A stretch of DNA of 64,000 nt, taken from assembly GCF_009914755.1 (NCBI RefSeq), contig NC_060932.1; one strand, 5' to 3'. Positions within the stretch are counted from its first letter, which is position 1. Every line of letters begins with the position of its first letter. The notes below the pieces were generated by a model. The model did not search any database, was not told the DNA's origin, and worked only from the letters and a program-made list of their open reading frames with translations. This document shows positions 41,602 through 53,630 of the stretch, piece by piece. The translations under genes and the position numbers were made by a program. This DNA comes from the human T2T-CHM13v2.0 reference genome, Homo sapiens.

Positions 41602-43212
41602 TGACAGACACTCCCTTTTGACCACACTTGAGTCAAGGTCTTCTGACTCCTTTCTCACTAGGCCTGACCTTGGGCTTACTTCACTGTCCTTGTAGAATCC
41701 AGTCTGAGCAAGAATCCTGCTAACATCCCTCACCCTTAGTATGTAACCTCCTTCCATATCTTATCACCTTGGTCTGGCTGCAGCAAGCAGTCTGTCGAGT
41801 GGGGCTGACAAGAATCCCCCTTGAGTGATGATCCTCTTAGTAATTTTCCACCCACTGACCCTACCCTGCTCCTTGGCTGTAAATCCCCACTTGTCCTTGT
41901 CTTCAGAGTTCAGCTCACTTTCTCTCCTCCACTGCAGGACCCCATTACAGTTTCCCTGCCTATTGTGATGCTGCCCCTTGAATAAAGTCCACCTGACCAC
42001 ATTTAACAATGCCATAAATATGTCTCCAACAGTCATAGTGCTGTGGCTCAGCTAGGATTGGATTCATCACAGGCCCACCTCTGGCCCTGGGCCTCTCACC
42101 CAGGACCCGAGTGTTCACCTTTGAAGTCTTGGTCTTCACACCTGACTGATTGATCCATTGATGAATATAACTCCTGAGCGAGTCCTCTGGGTGATGGCCC
42201 CTGAACGGATGCAGTGAGAACAGATTTGATTCTCAACTCTGTGTGCTCTGGAGCAGTATCCGAGTCCAGCCCCAGGCTTTTGGAAAGGCACCTGCTGGGC
42301 TGGAGGTCTTTCCTCTGGGCTCTTTGCTCAGAGTGGTGTTATACGCATTCCCCAACTCCTAGACCTGGTCCTGGTCAGGAAAATTCTTCCTGGGTAACTT
42401 TTCTCTCAAGAAGAAATTACTCCCAGAGTCCCTCTCCCTGGGCTGGAAGATTGTCCTGCTTTTTGTGTGTGTCTTGAGTGGGGATCCACTGTCCAATGCC
42501 TAGGCTGACTTTATTTTTCCCGGCTTCTCTAGAACCTCTGCCGGCTATATGCTCCTCCATTTCTATCCTCTTCATTTCTTGCTGGGATAATATTGCTGAG
42601 CAACTTCAATGGGCTTTTTGGGAAACTTAAGGTCTCCCCAGACTGGCTCCCCTGGGACCTCTCCTTCCTATGTTTCCTCTCCTCCTTTCTCCTCTCATCA
42701 CCTTTAATCATCCCTTCCATTCCCTTGAATCCTTCCAGGTGACCTCAAAACCCCTGCCTACTCCATTTCTCCATCCACTCCTGCCAGACCTTTCCCTACC
42801 TCCTATAGCTCCTCAATTCCCTCCCCACACTGGGGACTCTCGAGGGACTCAGGGACCCCCAAAGGCAACTACCTGAAACGCAAAAGAAAAACAAAAGAGT
42901 AATTGAAAATACACTGAATATTTTGTCTAGTCACCATGACCGGCCTTTAACAAAAATACTCTTGAGTTGGTCTAGCAAGAATCTCCCCTTTGGCTGTGAT
43001 GTTTCTGCTTAGTAAGTTTCAATCTACTGACTCCCACAGGCTCCTTTGTTATGAATGGCCACTTGTCTTTGTATTTGGAGTGAAGCCCAATCTCCGCTCC
43101 TCTGCTGGACCCCACCGCAGAAGTCCCAACACCTGTTGTGACCATTTCCTCTTGAATGAAGTCTGTCTTATCACCTTTCACAAGTGTCATTGAATAATTT
43201 TTTTCTTTAACA
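41602..43212 (+). mobile_element. Internally deleted MER31-like ERV1 provirus (5' LTR ~41602-42030, internal remnant, partial 3' LTR ~42965-43212)
   Basis: MER31-like start TGACAGACACTCCCTTTTGACC; two similar LTR segments (GCAAGAATC..., AATAAAGTC/AATGAAGTC); PBS-like sequence at ~42035; outer near-TSD GAAG/GATG. Confidence 0.7.
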
Positions 43213-44409
43213 GATGGCATTGCTTAATTTATGTATTTATATCACATTTATGTAGTTATTTATCAGAAAAGTAAAGCAAAACACTATGTAAATTAGTTTT
43301 GATTACATCACTATAAAATGGAATTCTTGTGTAGAAAAGGATTGAAAAAAATCAAGGATTTTTTTTAAGTATTTATTAGAACAGTGAAACGGGGATTGAA
43401 CTGGTGTTTCTAAAAATAAAAATGCACAATCCCTTAGCACTATTTTTTTTTTTTTAGAACTATAGATAGATAAACAGTCCATCTTCCAGGCCTTCATGTG
43501 TTAATTCTTGTGTCAGGCTTCCAGTGACTATTAGAGTCCACGTGTTCAGTGTTTTTACAGCACCTCCACAGTGAGACATTTCCTGATGGAGACCAAGATC
43601 CCAGCTCAGAGTAGAATGCAAAAGACAGGCAGAGGAGAGGAGAACCAAGTGCATAAAGTCTACCCTTGCCATGTGGCAGCATGAGATGGTGCACCAAGAC
43701 TGCAGAAGCCACAGAGAAGGCTGCCTACTGTGGAAATGAGGTCCACCTTGCAATCTCATTTTATGATTCTAATTCACACAACAGCCTTTATGAATTACAC
43801 AACAGCCTTGTGTTACCACACTTAGCACATTTTTTCCACATCTCATTAAATGTTGTTAAATGTCCTCTTTGGGTAGCAATTTACATGAAGTTTAATTTGT
43901 GTGAGTGCAATATTGTATAACCTTGGAAGTATATCTATTTATTATCTAGATCTGTTCTTCATGTGTTGATCTTGAATGTCTAAAATGTTAGCAAGCAAAT
44001 CTTGTGTAAAATCTATATTCCCTATACCAATGTTCTGTTTCCAGTTCTGTGACTTTTGTCCCTATTTTGGGTGACACTCACCTGCATTGTTAAACCTGCT
44101 TGATATTCTCACTGGAGGCTTCAAAGTATTTTGCTCAAACTGTTGTCATCTCTTCTACTCTGAACTCTCCCCTGGCCACCTTTCCCTACAGCATTTTCCA
44201 TCTTTCTAGTTGACACAACATCTACACAGCTGCCCAAGGCAAACCCTGAGTCATCTTCAATTCCTTTTTCTCAAAACTGACACTGAATCACTAATAAAGT
44301 GCAGTAAATTGTATCTCCTTAACTGATTAAATGTGTTTCATTCTTGCTATTCTTAAGAACAGCTCCTTAGCTCAGAATCTAATTATCTCTTTCCTAGATT
44401 GTCAATACC

Positions 44410-45630
44410 CACAAAAGGAAACGTGATGGTCATTTTCATGAATGGCACTGGAGAAGTTGATTTTTCTCTATGAGCGAACAAGAAACTAACCCCTAATTCA
44501 CACCATGCTCAATTTAATAATCAATTAATTAGTAATTAATTCAAGATAAATTATAGACTTCAATGTGAGGATAAAATAATAATGCTTCTAGAAGAATGCA
44601 TACAAGGATATTTCCATAACTTGGCTGGATTAAAATAAGACTAAAAATGACTCATTATAATGGATTTGTGTTCCTAAAAAAAAAAAAATAAGAAAGAATA
44701 AAAAGGTAAGCCATAGCCTGAGAGAACAGATTTGCAATATTTGTCCAAGCAATAGTGCCCAGACTGTATATCTCAAGGTCAAAGAAGACAAGCAAACCAT
44801 ATTTCAAAAAAAAAAAAAAAAGAGGAAAGATTTGAATAGGCATTGTACAAAAAGAGATCTCTAAATGGTAAATAAGCATACGCAAAGTGTATTTGGTATA
44901 ATAATTCACCAGGGAAATGCAGAGGATATTCCCTGATATAAGAAGATATGTCACTACACACAGATCACAATCCTTAAAGTTTCCAAGGGTCAATACAAAT
45001 ATTGAGAAGATGCAGAATTTTCATACATGTGATGGTGTGTAAATTGATTAAGCTATTTTAGAAAACTAAAATATCTGGTCCTATTTTCTAAAGCGAAACA
45101 GTTACTGACTCTATAACCCAGCAATTTTATCCCTAGGTTTACATCCAAGAAAAATAAAAGTATATGTCTATCAAAAGATACGTACTAAAGTTTTGTTGCA
45201 GCTGTATTGATAATAGCCAAAAGCTGAAAATAATAAAAAAATCCATCAATAGAAAAATGAATTTAAAAGTGGTGGAATATAATTAAATTCCATATAGCAG
45301 TAAAAGAGAACTACTGCTACATGCAAGAGCATAGATGAATTTCACGGACATAATATAGAGCGAAAGAGGCCAGACATCAAATGATACATTCTGGATTTAT
45401 ATGACTTTCAGGATCAGGTATTAAAAATAGAAAATAAAGCCAGAAAAGTACTCATCTCTTTTCTCTGCAAGGGCACTGACTGAAAGATGTACACTGCACA
45501 ATTCTAAATGCTACAGTTGTTCTGTACCTCAATCTGGTTGGTGGATATACTAGGGTATGCACATGTAAAAAGTCAAAACATTTTACATTAAGATGTGTGT
45601 GCTGAATTGTATGTATCTTCATAAAAAGTT
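44410..45630 (+). mobile_element. Old L1M (L1ME/MD-like) fragment inserted in L2-like sequence
   Basis: ACCAGGGAAATGCA, CTATAACCCAGCAATTTTATCCCTAGG, GATAATAGCCAAAAGCTG motifs. Confidence 0.65.
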
Positions 45631-45659
45631 ATAGTTGTCTAAATACATAACAATTTTAA

Positions 45660-46295
45660 GGACCTTCCTACTTAACTGCCCATTCCTCATTCTCTCACCA
45701 AGGAAATCTTTCTGAAATGCACATCTCATCTCGCTGGCCCTAAAAGTGTCTTCCTTTGCTTGTCCTTCTTTGCTGCTTTCGGATAATGATTTTAATGAAT
45801 TGGCCTCTGTCTACATCTCCATACTGCCCTCTGCCACACCCACTTTTGAGACCTACTGTGAGGTCTCTCAATGTAATTGCAGGTCCTCTCCTTTCTCCTG
45901 AGTCTGTCTGTGTCTTTCCAAAGCTGTTTCTACCTAAAACATCCTTAAACCCTTTTTCGAGCCAGACAAGGTCTATTTATCCTCAAATTCAGCTCATGTG
46001 TTGCCTTTTCTAGATGGACTACTGGTAATCCTCCCTGACCATGGTTTAAGTACACAGGTTGATGCACATCTTACTTCTCCTATGACCTTCTGTGTTTTTA
46101 CATCCATCATCTAAAAACACGGACGATAAGAAAAATTTCATTGCTTATAATGAAATTAGAAAGTACTTTGATAAATGCCATGGATTACGGTACTCTGACT
46201 ATTCAAAGCTCCAGGTTCTCATACAATATCTTTTATCTGTATCCACAAACCTTCTCCCTTGCCTTTGTAGATAGTAGGCATGTAATAAATATTAA
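45660..46295 (+). mobile_element. L2 LINE 3' remnant (probably continuing ~44130-44405)
   Basis: Pyrimidine-rich L2-like text ending ATAGTAGGCATGTAATAAATATT. Confidence 0.5.
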
Positions 46296-46407
46296 CTTAC
46301 ATAATGAGAAATGAAATAAATTGACAGTTGAAAAATAATTGATTTAGTAACTTTCTAACCTATCTCCCCATCTAAAATTTCTCTCTTCTCCAATTAATGT
46401 CTTTTAC

Positions 46408-46408
46408 T

Positions 46409-46440
<32 letters not shown>

Positions 46441-46735
46441 CTGAGTAGGCGTCTCACTTTACTGCCTAGGCTGGAGTGCAGCGGCACAATCTCAGCTCAC
46501 TGCAGCCTCTGCCTCCTGGGTTCAAGGTTTCAAGTGATTCTTGTGCCTCAGCCTCCCAAGTAGCTGGGGTCACACCAGGCATGCACCACCATGCCTGGCT
46601 AATTTTTGTATTTTAAGTAGGACGAAGTTTCACCCTGTTGGCCAGGCTGATATCGAATTCCTGACCTCAAATGATCCACCTGCCTCAGCCTCCCAAAGTG
46701 CAGGGATTACAGGCGTGAGCCACTGTACCAGGCCC
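46408..46735 (-). mobile_element. AluS/J
   Basis: Poly(T), GGCTGGAGTGCAGCGGCACAATCTCAGCTCACTG...GGATTACAGGCGTGAGCCAC. Confidence 0.92.
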
Positions 46736-47704
46736 AGATAATTTCATATAGCTGTTTTAATTGTTTCTAAAATCTCTTATTCATCATAACTGTATTGGTC
46801 ATTCTGATGCTAAGAAATACTGCCACATTTAGTTCTTTTACATAGCCCAAGGCCCTTCTGTCTTTCTTTCCACTAAACTCCAGCAAAGTGAGTTATAGTC
46901 ATTATTTCTCATATTCAGGCTGGGACTGTCCGAGCACTGGTGAAACCTCTGCTTCAGTGCCTTTTCCTTCTCCTCTCATTTCCCAACCACATAATGTATC
47001 CAAATCCTTCCCACTTTATGTGCAAGACAGTCTCTGGTCGTGGTTAAACTTTTCTTGCTTCCCAGTAGCTGAATAGGTTATGTCTATGTGGTTAATAATG
47101 TGATGGTAGCATTATAAGTAGTTAAATGCCTGATCTTTCATACTAGCTTGTAAGCTGCTTAAAGGCAGGGTCTCCATAGTTTACCTTGTATCGCTTCGCG
47201 ATGTCTACTGAGTCCTGCATCTACAGCGCACGAACTTCAGCACATGCGGTGCAGAGAGCTGAGCACAAAGTGCAGCACTTCTCGGGACCGTCATGTATAT
47301 TTTTCAAGTAATACATCAGTGGAGGCAGAGTGGTTACTTTTCAGAAAAACTAAAGGCTGAGTGTTGAATCTCCATGGGTAAGCATTGATTTAAAGAAGTG
47401 ATCTATAGATGCCTATGGCTACTAGATAATAGCACATATATCCAAAAAATAAATTAACTGCCTTGGGGCAAGTTAATGATGTGTATTGCACTTCATGCAC
47501 TTTGAAATCTTCAGTGCGTCTAGCAAACACGAATTAATTTCCCAGCACCCCAGCCAGGTAGGTGTCAGCATTGTGCGTCACTTCATGCAGTGAATATGAT
47601 GGGTTCATAATTAACCTAAGTTTGCATAGGAAACATGTTAGAAGATTGCAGCAGGTGTAGGTCACTGATGATGGTGGTAGCACACGGAGAAACAGATAAT
47701 TGTT

Positions 47705-47886
47705 TCTTATTTTTTATTTTTATTTTTTTTTTAGAGATGAAGTTTCATTCTGTCACCCAGGCTGGAGTGCAGTGGCACAATCACAGTTCATTGTAGCCTC
47801 AAACTCAGGGCTCAAGTGATCTTCTTGCCTCAGACTCCTGAGTAGCTAGGACTGCAGGCATGTACCAGCATACCCAGTCTGTTTTT
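47705..47886 (-). mobile_element. Alu right monomer (FRAM/AluJ)
   Basis: AGAGATGAAGTTTCATTCTGTCACCCAGGCTGGAGTGCAGTGG...GTAGCTAGGACT. Confidence 0.85.
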
Positions 47887-49299
47887 AAAAATATAGTTTT
47901 AACTAGTGGTCCTACGTTTCTTATAATGAAATTAGAAAGTACTTTGAAAAATGCCAGTGAAGGCAGTTATAGTAAGAAAGGGAAGCTTGCTCTTTAACTG
48001 AATTATTAATAAAGATGTTTGCATAGTATTTGTAATACTTCTTTTTGTCTTCTTATCTTTTTCCTTTGATCCTTTCAATAACCTTAACTTAGACTATCTA
48101 CCACAAGAATGTGGAAGTATGACTGGTGCTGACCCAAATATTGACAAAATTTAGACAGCCCTTATAGGTATCAAACCTATCCTTTTTATCTGTTGGCCCA
48201 AAGTAAATCCTGCTACTAACAGGAAAGTTGATTTTTTTTTAAACTAACTTCTTTCTGGTAAGCCTAATTTTTGTTTTACCAGGGAGGAAAATTTTTAACC
48301 TACAAAAATTGAGCAGTTCTTACTTACACAAATTTCTTGACTGCTCTAACCATCCTTCACTACAAAATTCCCTTGTATTTATCTCTGGATGGCATACACT
48401 AACAAGGACTAGATTGGAGGCCTCCCTTCCTGTCCCCTGTCCTCTCCACGAGGCATCACCCAGCATCTCGGCCATGTGCGTGTCTTGCACTCTACCTGTC
48501 TAGCCAACATTGCAGTGGCCTGTTCCTGAGCTGTATGCTAGAAATAGACTCATGCTCACATTCTCCCACCATGCATCTATTCTCTTATCCAGTTGTGGCC
48601 CATAAGATTAAATCAGACTCAAATACTGTCCGTTGACAAATCAAGTCAGATTATTGATTTCACTTTTTCTTTTCCCCCAGAGCAACAGAAAACAGAAGTT
48701 GAGTGTCATGGGATGTTTCTTACAAAACAATTGGCTTCAGTTCATGCCTCAGCCCCAAAGGAGATTTATCAATTTTACTAATAAAACTTTGGCTGAATTC
48801 CATAGATGTGAAAACTGTAGTAAGGGTGCTTTGAATGTTTAAAAAAGGTCCTGTAATATGGAGAAACACACCAGTCTATCAAATATACTGTCATTGAAAG
48901 GCAGAATGGGGCATTATTTATTCTGCTGTGGCCTTATCTGTCTAACAGGAAACAGACTGTAAGAGCAAACACTTTCAAATGAGATTTTATAGAATCCTGA
49001 TTTTTAAAACCCCAGTAGCAATACAGCAACCTTATCAAATTTAGGTAAAGCCGTCAAAACTCATCATTTAAGTGGGAAACTTGTGACAGCAACTTATTCC
49101 CAGATGCCGTCCCCACATTCCTAAGGCTTCTGCTTCCCACCTTACTGGCATCTAAATATTCTTTGTGAGTTCATTAAGGAAGTTCTGGAAGTCTGAAGAT
49201 GTCATTTTGGAAATGTAGCTTGGCATGCAACTTTATGTTGACTCCTAAAGTGTTGATACAATTTTCAGGGTTGTGCAGAAAAAGAGGTGGCAGTACAAG

Positions 49300-49430
49300 A
49301 TGTGAACTGGAATCACAAAAAGGAGCCCGGTCCTGGCTCGGAGTCTCTGTCAGGTGACCTCAACTGAGTGGTTTAATCTCCCTGGAGACTCGGGTGCTTA
49401 ATCTTTAATATGAAGGTGTGAAATTAAATT
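49300..49430 (+). mobile_element. MIR SINE (degenerate)
   Basis: GTGACCTCAACTGAGTGGTTTAATCTCCCTGGAGACTCGG...AATCTTTAATATGAAGG. Confidence 0.5.
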
Positions 49431-50262
49431 ATATTTCTTTATAATTACATAATTATTGTATCATTATTATTACTGATGGTACTATTATCAGTACTACATT
49501 GAACTGATTATTCATTAATTCTAAATTATTTATTAAAAATAATTTTGAAACTTCTAGAAGAACTTTATACATGTTAAATTCATTCTGTTTTTCAAGCAAA
49601 TTAACATTTTAATTGAGAAATTGCTTACTTTCAAAAAGGATCTGTGTGGGCTGACTGATAATCTGGCATATATTAAGTTAAATTATTTAATGTATTGAAA
49701 TATTATATTTAACCCTATTGGAAAAATAAAGTTGCCAACCAAAAGATTTCTCAGTACCAATATAGAAGAGAAAGTGAACACAAGCACAATTTATTATTGA
49801 GTAATCATTAAAAGATTCACATGCCTATGAGGTAGCAGGAAAGGAAATAGAAATTTAGAACAAAACCTCACACAGTTGATACAGCAAATCAGAAGAAAAA
49901 CAATGCCTTCTCTTGTCTCTTCATGTATGTATCCTATAGATGTCTTCAGATACCGCTCCCCCCTGCCCGCCGCCCCTGCCCCGCTAGCTCCAGAACTCCA
50001 TTTTTACAGATGTAGAGGCAGTTTGGCCTGTGACCTTGGAGATATCACTACATTATAAAAGGTGGAGACTGGGCTTAATCCCAGGAGAGATCTATCTCTA
50101 TTGCAAAGGTTACAAAAGGGCTCAGTTTCACTAAAACACTTGAGTAAAGGTGAAAAGAGAAAATCATCTTTTTGCCCTTTTAAACAAAGAAGATATTTAT
50201 ATTCACCCTTAAACTCTCAGAGTAGTTTATTTTGTTTCTTTGTCAAAGTGTCGAAGAGAGTT

Positions 50263-50839
50263 TGTAATGGTTAATGCATTAGGTGTCAACTTGACTGAGT
50301 TGAGAGCTGCCTAGATAGTTGGGGCAGTGTTGTTTCTGGGTGTGTCTGTGAGGGTGTTGCCAGAGGAGACTGACATTTGTGTCTCTGGACTGGGAGAGAA
50401 GACGCCTCCCAATCTGGGTGGGCACCACCCAATCTGCTGCCAATGCAGTTAGAACAAGGCAGGCCGAGGAAGGTGGGATGCATTTGCCTGCTGAGGCTTC
50501 TGGCTCTCTTTCTTCTTCCTGTGCAGGACACTTGCTTCTGCTCCTCCTGCCCTTGGATATCAAGGCCTTTGGACTCTGGGATTTGCACTAGCAGCTTCCT
50601 GGGGGCTCTCAGGCCTTCTGACAAAGACCAAAGGCTGCATTGATGGCTTCCCTGGTTTTGAGGCTTTCAGATTTAGACTGAGCCACTACTGACTTCTTTC
50701 TTTCTCCAATTTGCAGGCAGCCTATGGTGGGATGTTGCCTTGTAATTGTGTGAGCCAATTCTCTTTGCCTGATAAACTCCCTTTTATATATACGTATATT
50801 CTATTGGTTCTGTTCCTTTGAAGAGCCCTGACTAATACA
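50263..50839 (+). mobile_element. MLT2B-like ERVL LTR
   Basis: TGTAATGGTTAAT...GTGTCAACTTGACTG...GGGTGTTGCCAGAGGAGA...CCCTGACTAATACA. Confidence 0.88.
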
Positions 50840-51865
50840 GAAAACAGGTATGTAGGAGTAGAGCTTTGCTATAAAGATACATGAAGATGGGGAAGCAACT
50901 TTGAAAATGAATAATGGGCAGAGGTTGGAAGAGTTTAGAGGGTGCAGAAGAAGTCAGGAAGATGAGGAAAAGTTTGAAACTTCTTAGAGACTGGTTAAAT
51001 GATTGTGACCAAAATTCTGATAGTGATATGAACAGTGAAGTCCAGGCTGAAGAGGCCTCACATAGAAATGGGAACTTATTGGGAACTGGTGCAAAGGTCA
51101 TGGAGTTATGCCTTAGCAAAGAACTTTGTTGCATTCTGTTCGTGTCCTAGGGATTGGTGCAAGTTTGAGCTTCGGACTGATAATTTAGGGCATCTGGTGG
51201 AAGCCAAAGCGGGAGCAGGCACATCACGTGGCAAAAGCAGGAGCAAGAGAAGTGGGTCAGGGTGTCACACACATTTAAATGACTAGATATCCTAAGAACT
51301 CACTCTCACAAAGACAGCATAAAGCCATGAGGGGTCTGCCTCCACTGTGTCTTGGAAGTAACTAACTTGTTTTTTATTTTACAGGCTCAGAGGTGGAAGG
51401 CATTTGCCTTGTCTCTGATGAGACTTTGGACTTCTGAGTTAATGCTGGAATGAGTTAAGACTTTGGAGAACTATTGGGAAGGCATGGTTGTAGTTTTCAA
51501 TGTGAGAAGGACATGAAATTTGAGAGGGGTCAGGGTTTGGATATTTGTCCCCGCCCAAATCCCATGTCGAATTGGAATCCCTAGGTGTGGCCTTCCCAAC
51601 TAGGAGTTCTCATGAGATTTGTCATTTAACAGTGGGTGACACCACCCACATTCTCTCTCTCTTGCTCCCTTTCTTGCCATGTAAGGTGCCTGCTTCTCCT
51701 TTGCCTTCAACCATGACTGGAAGCTTCCTGAGGCCTCCCCAGAAGCAGATGACAGAGTTATGCTTTCTGTACAGCCTATAGAACTGTGAGGCAATTGAAC
51801 CCTTTTCTCATAAATTACCCAGGTAACACAATGCAATACCTTTAGCAATGCAAGAACAACCTAAG
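50840..51865 (+). mobile_element. MST (MaLR) internal remnants with an inverted LTR piece (~51195-51345), then a 3' MST LTR (~51534-51865)
   Basis: TTGCTATAAAGATAC...GGCAGAGGTTGGAAGAGTTT (MST/THE1-int 5'); TCTTGGAAGTAACTAACTTG...GAGGGGTCAGGG (int 3'/PPT); TTTGGATATTTGTCCCC...AAGCTTCCTGAGGCCTCCCCAGAAGCAG (MST LTR). Confidence 0.82.
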
Positions 51866-52581
51866 TTGTTATTGTTCTATGTCTACATTTCATGTCTATA
51901 AAGGGATTTCCTTTTTTGGGGAACAGAATTTAAGTTGTACGCATACATCTCAGTTCAGTGGTACTTCTAAGATCACTAATATTGAGAGCTGCATCTTTCA
52001 GTATATAAAACCATTTGTATTTCTCAATGAAGAAAAAGCCAATACTATATTGCAACTGATGATTCACTCAGACAAGAGTATAGAGATTTTTTCATCTGTG
52101 TATTTTTTTGTAACTGGATATGTAGTTTTTTGAAAAATCACAATTTTGAGTCCTTCGTTTGCTCTCAGTCACAGTGTTTTGGATTTGGGGAAAGGATTTG
52201 GTGACCTGCAAAGACATCAATTCTAGGCCTAAATTAATCTTATAAACCTTAGAGAAGAAGATTTATTTCTAGGTTATCTGAAGGATTTTAATTTATTCTT
52301 TTAATCAAGTGTTTTACGTGAGGTACTTTTTAAGAGTGGGTCTCATTTCTCTGACCCTTTCTTATTGGAAAATGGAACAGTAAAGTCAAGAAATAAAAAG
52401 TTCTTTCATCTCTTTTGCACTCCTACAATCAACTCACAAATATCAAGAATAATAATTTAGTAAATTATTTATGTTGAGGTGGAAGTACTAACTCTATATC
52501 AAAAGCTCATCCTACTATCCTCCCCTCTATTCATTTATCATTTATTCACTGAAGTATAGCTTTAGGAAAAGCAAATAATGG

Positions 52582-53630
52582 CACACACACACACCATACA
52601 GACACACCCCCCCATTACACTTATGCTAAGCACACACACCACACACACAAACATACACAGCACAACATACATTTACCCAAAATACCACACACACCCCACA
52701 GACACGCAAATCACACACAGACACAAACGCACACCACACACACAAAGATACACACACCATTCATATACCACACACACACTACATATAGACACAAACTACA
52801 CACGTTCCCCCCACACCATACATAGACACACACATACATACATTCACCACATACACACACACACAACACACACAAATCACACCCCCCACATACAAAAAAA
52901 ACACACACATACCCCCACACCACACCCAGACACAAACACACACCAAACACACAAACATACACACATCATGCATATAACACACACAACACACACTACATAT
53001 ATATACAAACCACACACATTCCCCTCACACTACATACAGACACACATACATACATACACCACATATATACACACACACCACACAAACATACACACATCAT
53101 GCATATAACACACACAACACACACTACATATATATACAAACCACACACATTCCCCTCACACTACATACAGACACACATACATACATACACCACATATATA
53201 CACACACACCACACAAACATACACACATACAACAAACACACACTACACACATCCCACACACATCCCATACACAAACATACACAACACATCATACATATAC
53301 CACACACACCACACACACCCCACATATACACACAAAAAACACACATACCCTTCACACCACACAGACACAAAATGCACACACACCATACCATACATAAACC
53401 ACACTACACCACACACACCCCACATAGGCACACAAACCCCCCACACCACACACAGACACACATACCACACACAAACATACACACACCACGCATATCTCAC
53501 GCACACACTCCACACATACACACACAATACATACTACACACACACACACTCCACACACATACACCTCACACACACCACATATACACACATATACACACAA
53601 CCACCACACATACAAATTACACACACCCCA
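52582..53630. repeat. ~1 kb (CA)-rich low-complexity tract with an internal 131-bp tandem duplication
   Basis: Direct reading; the ATG of CATCATGCATATAAC recurs at 52968 and 53099. Confidence 0.95.
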
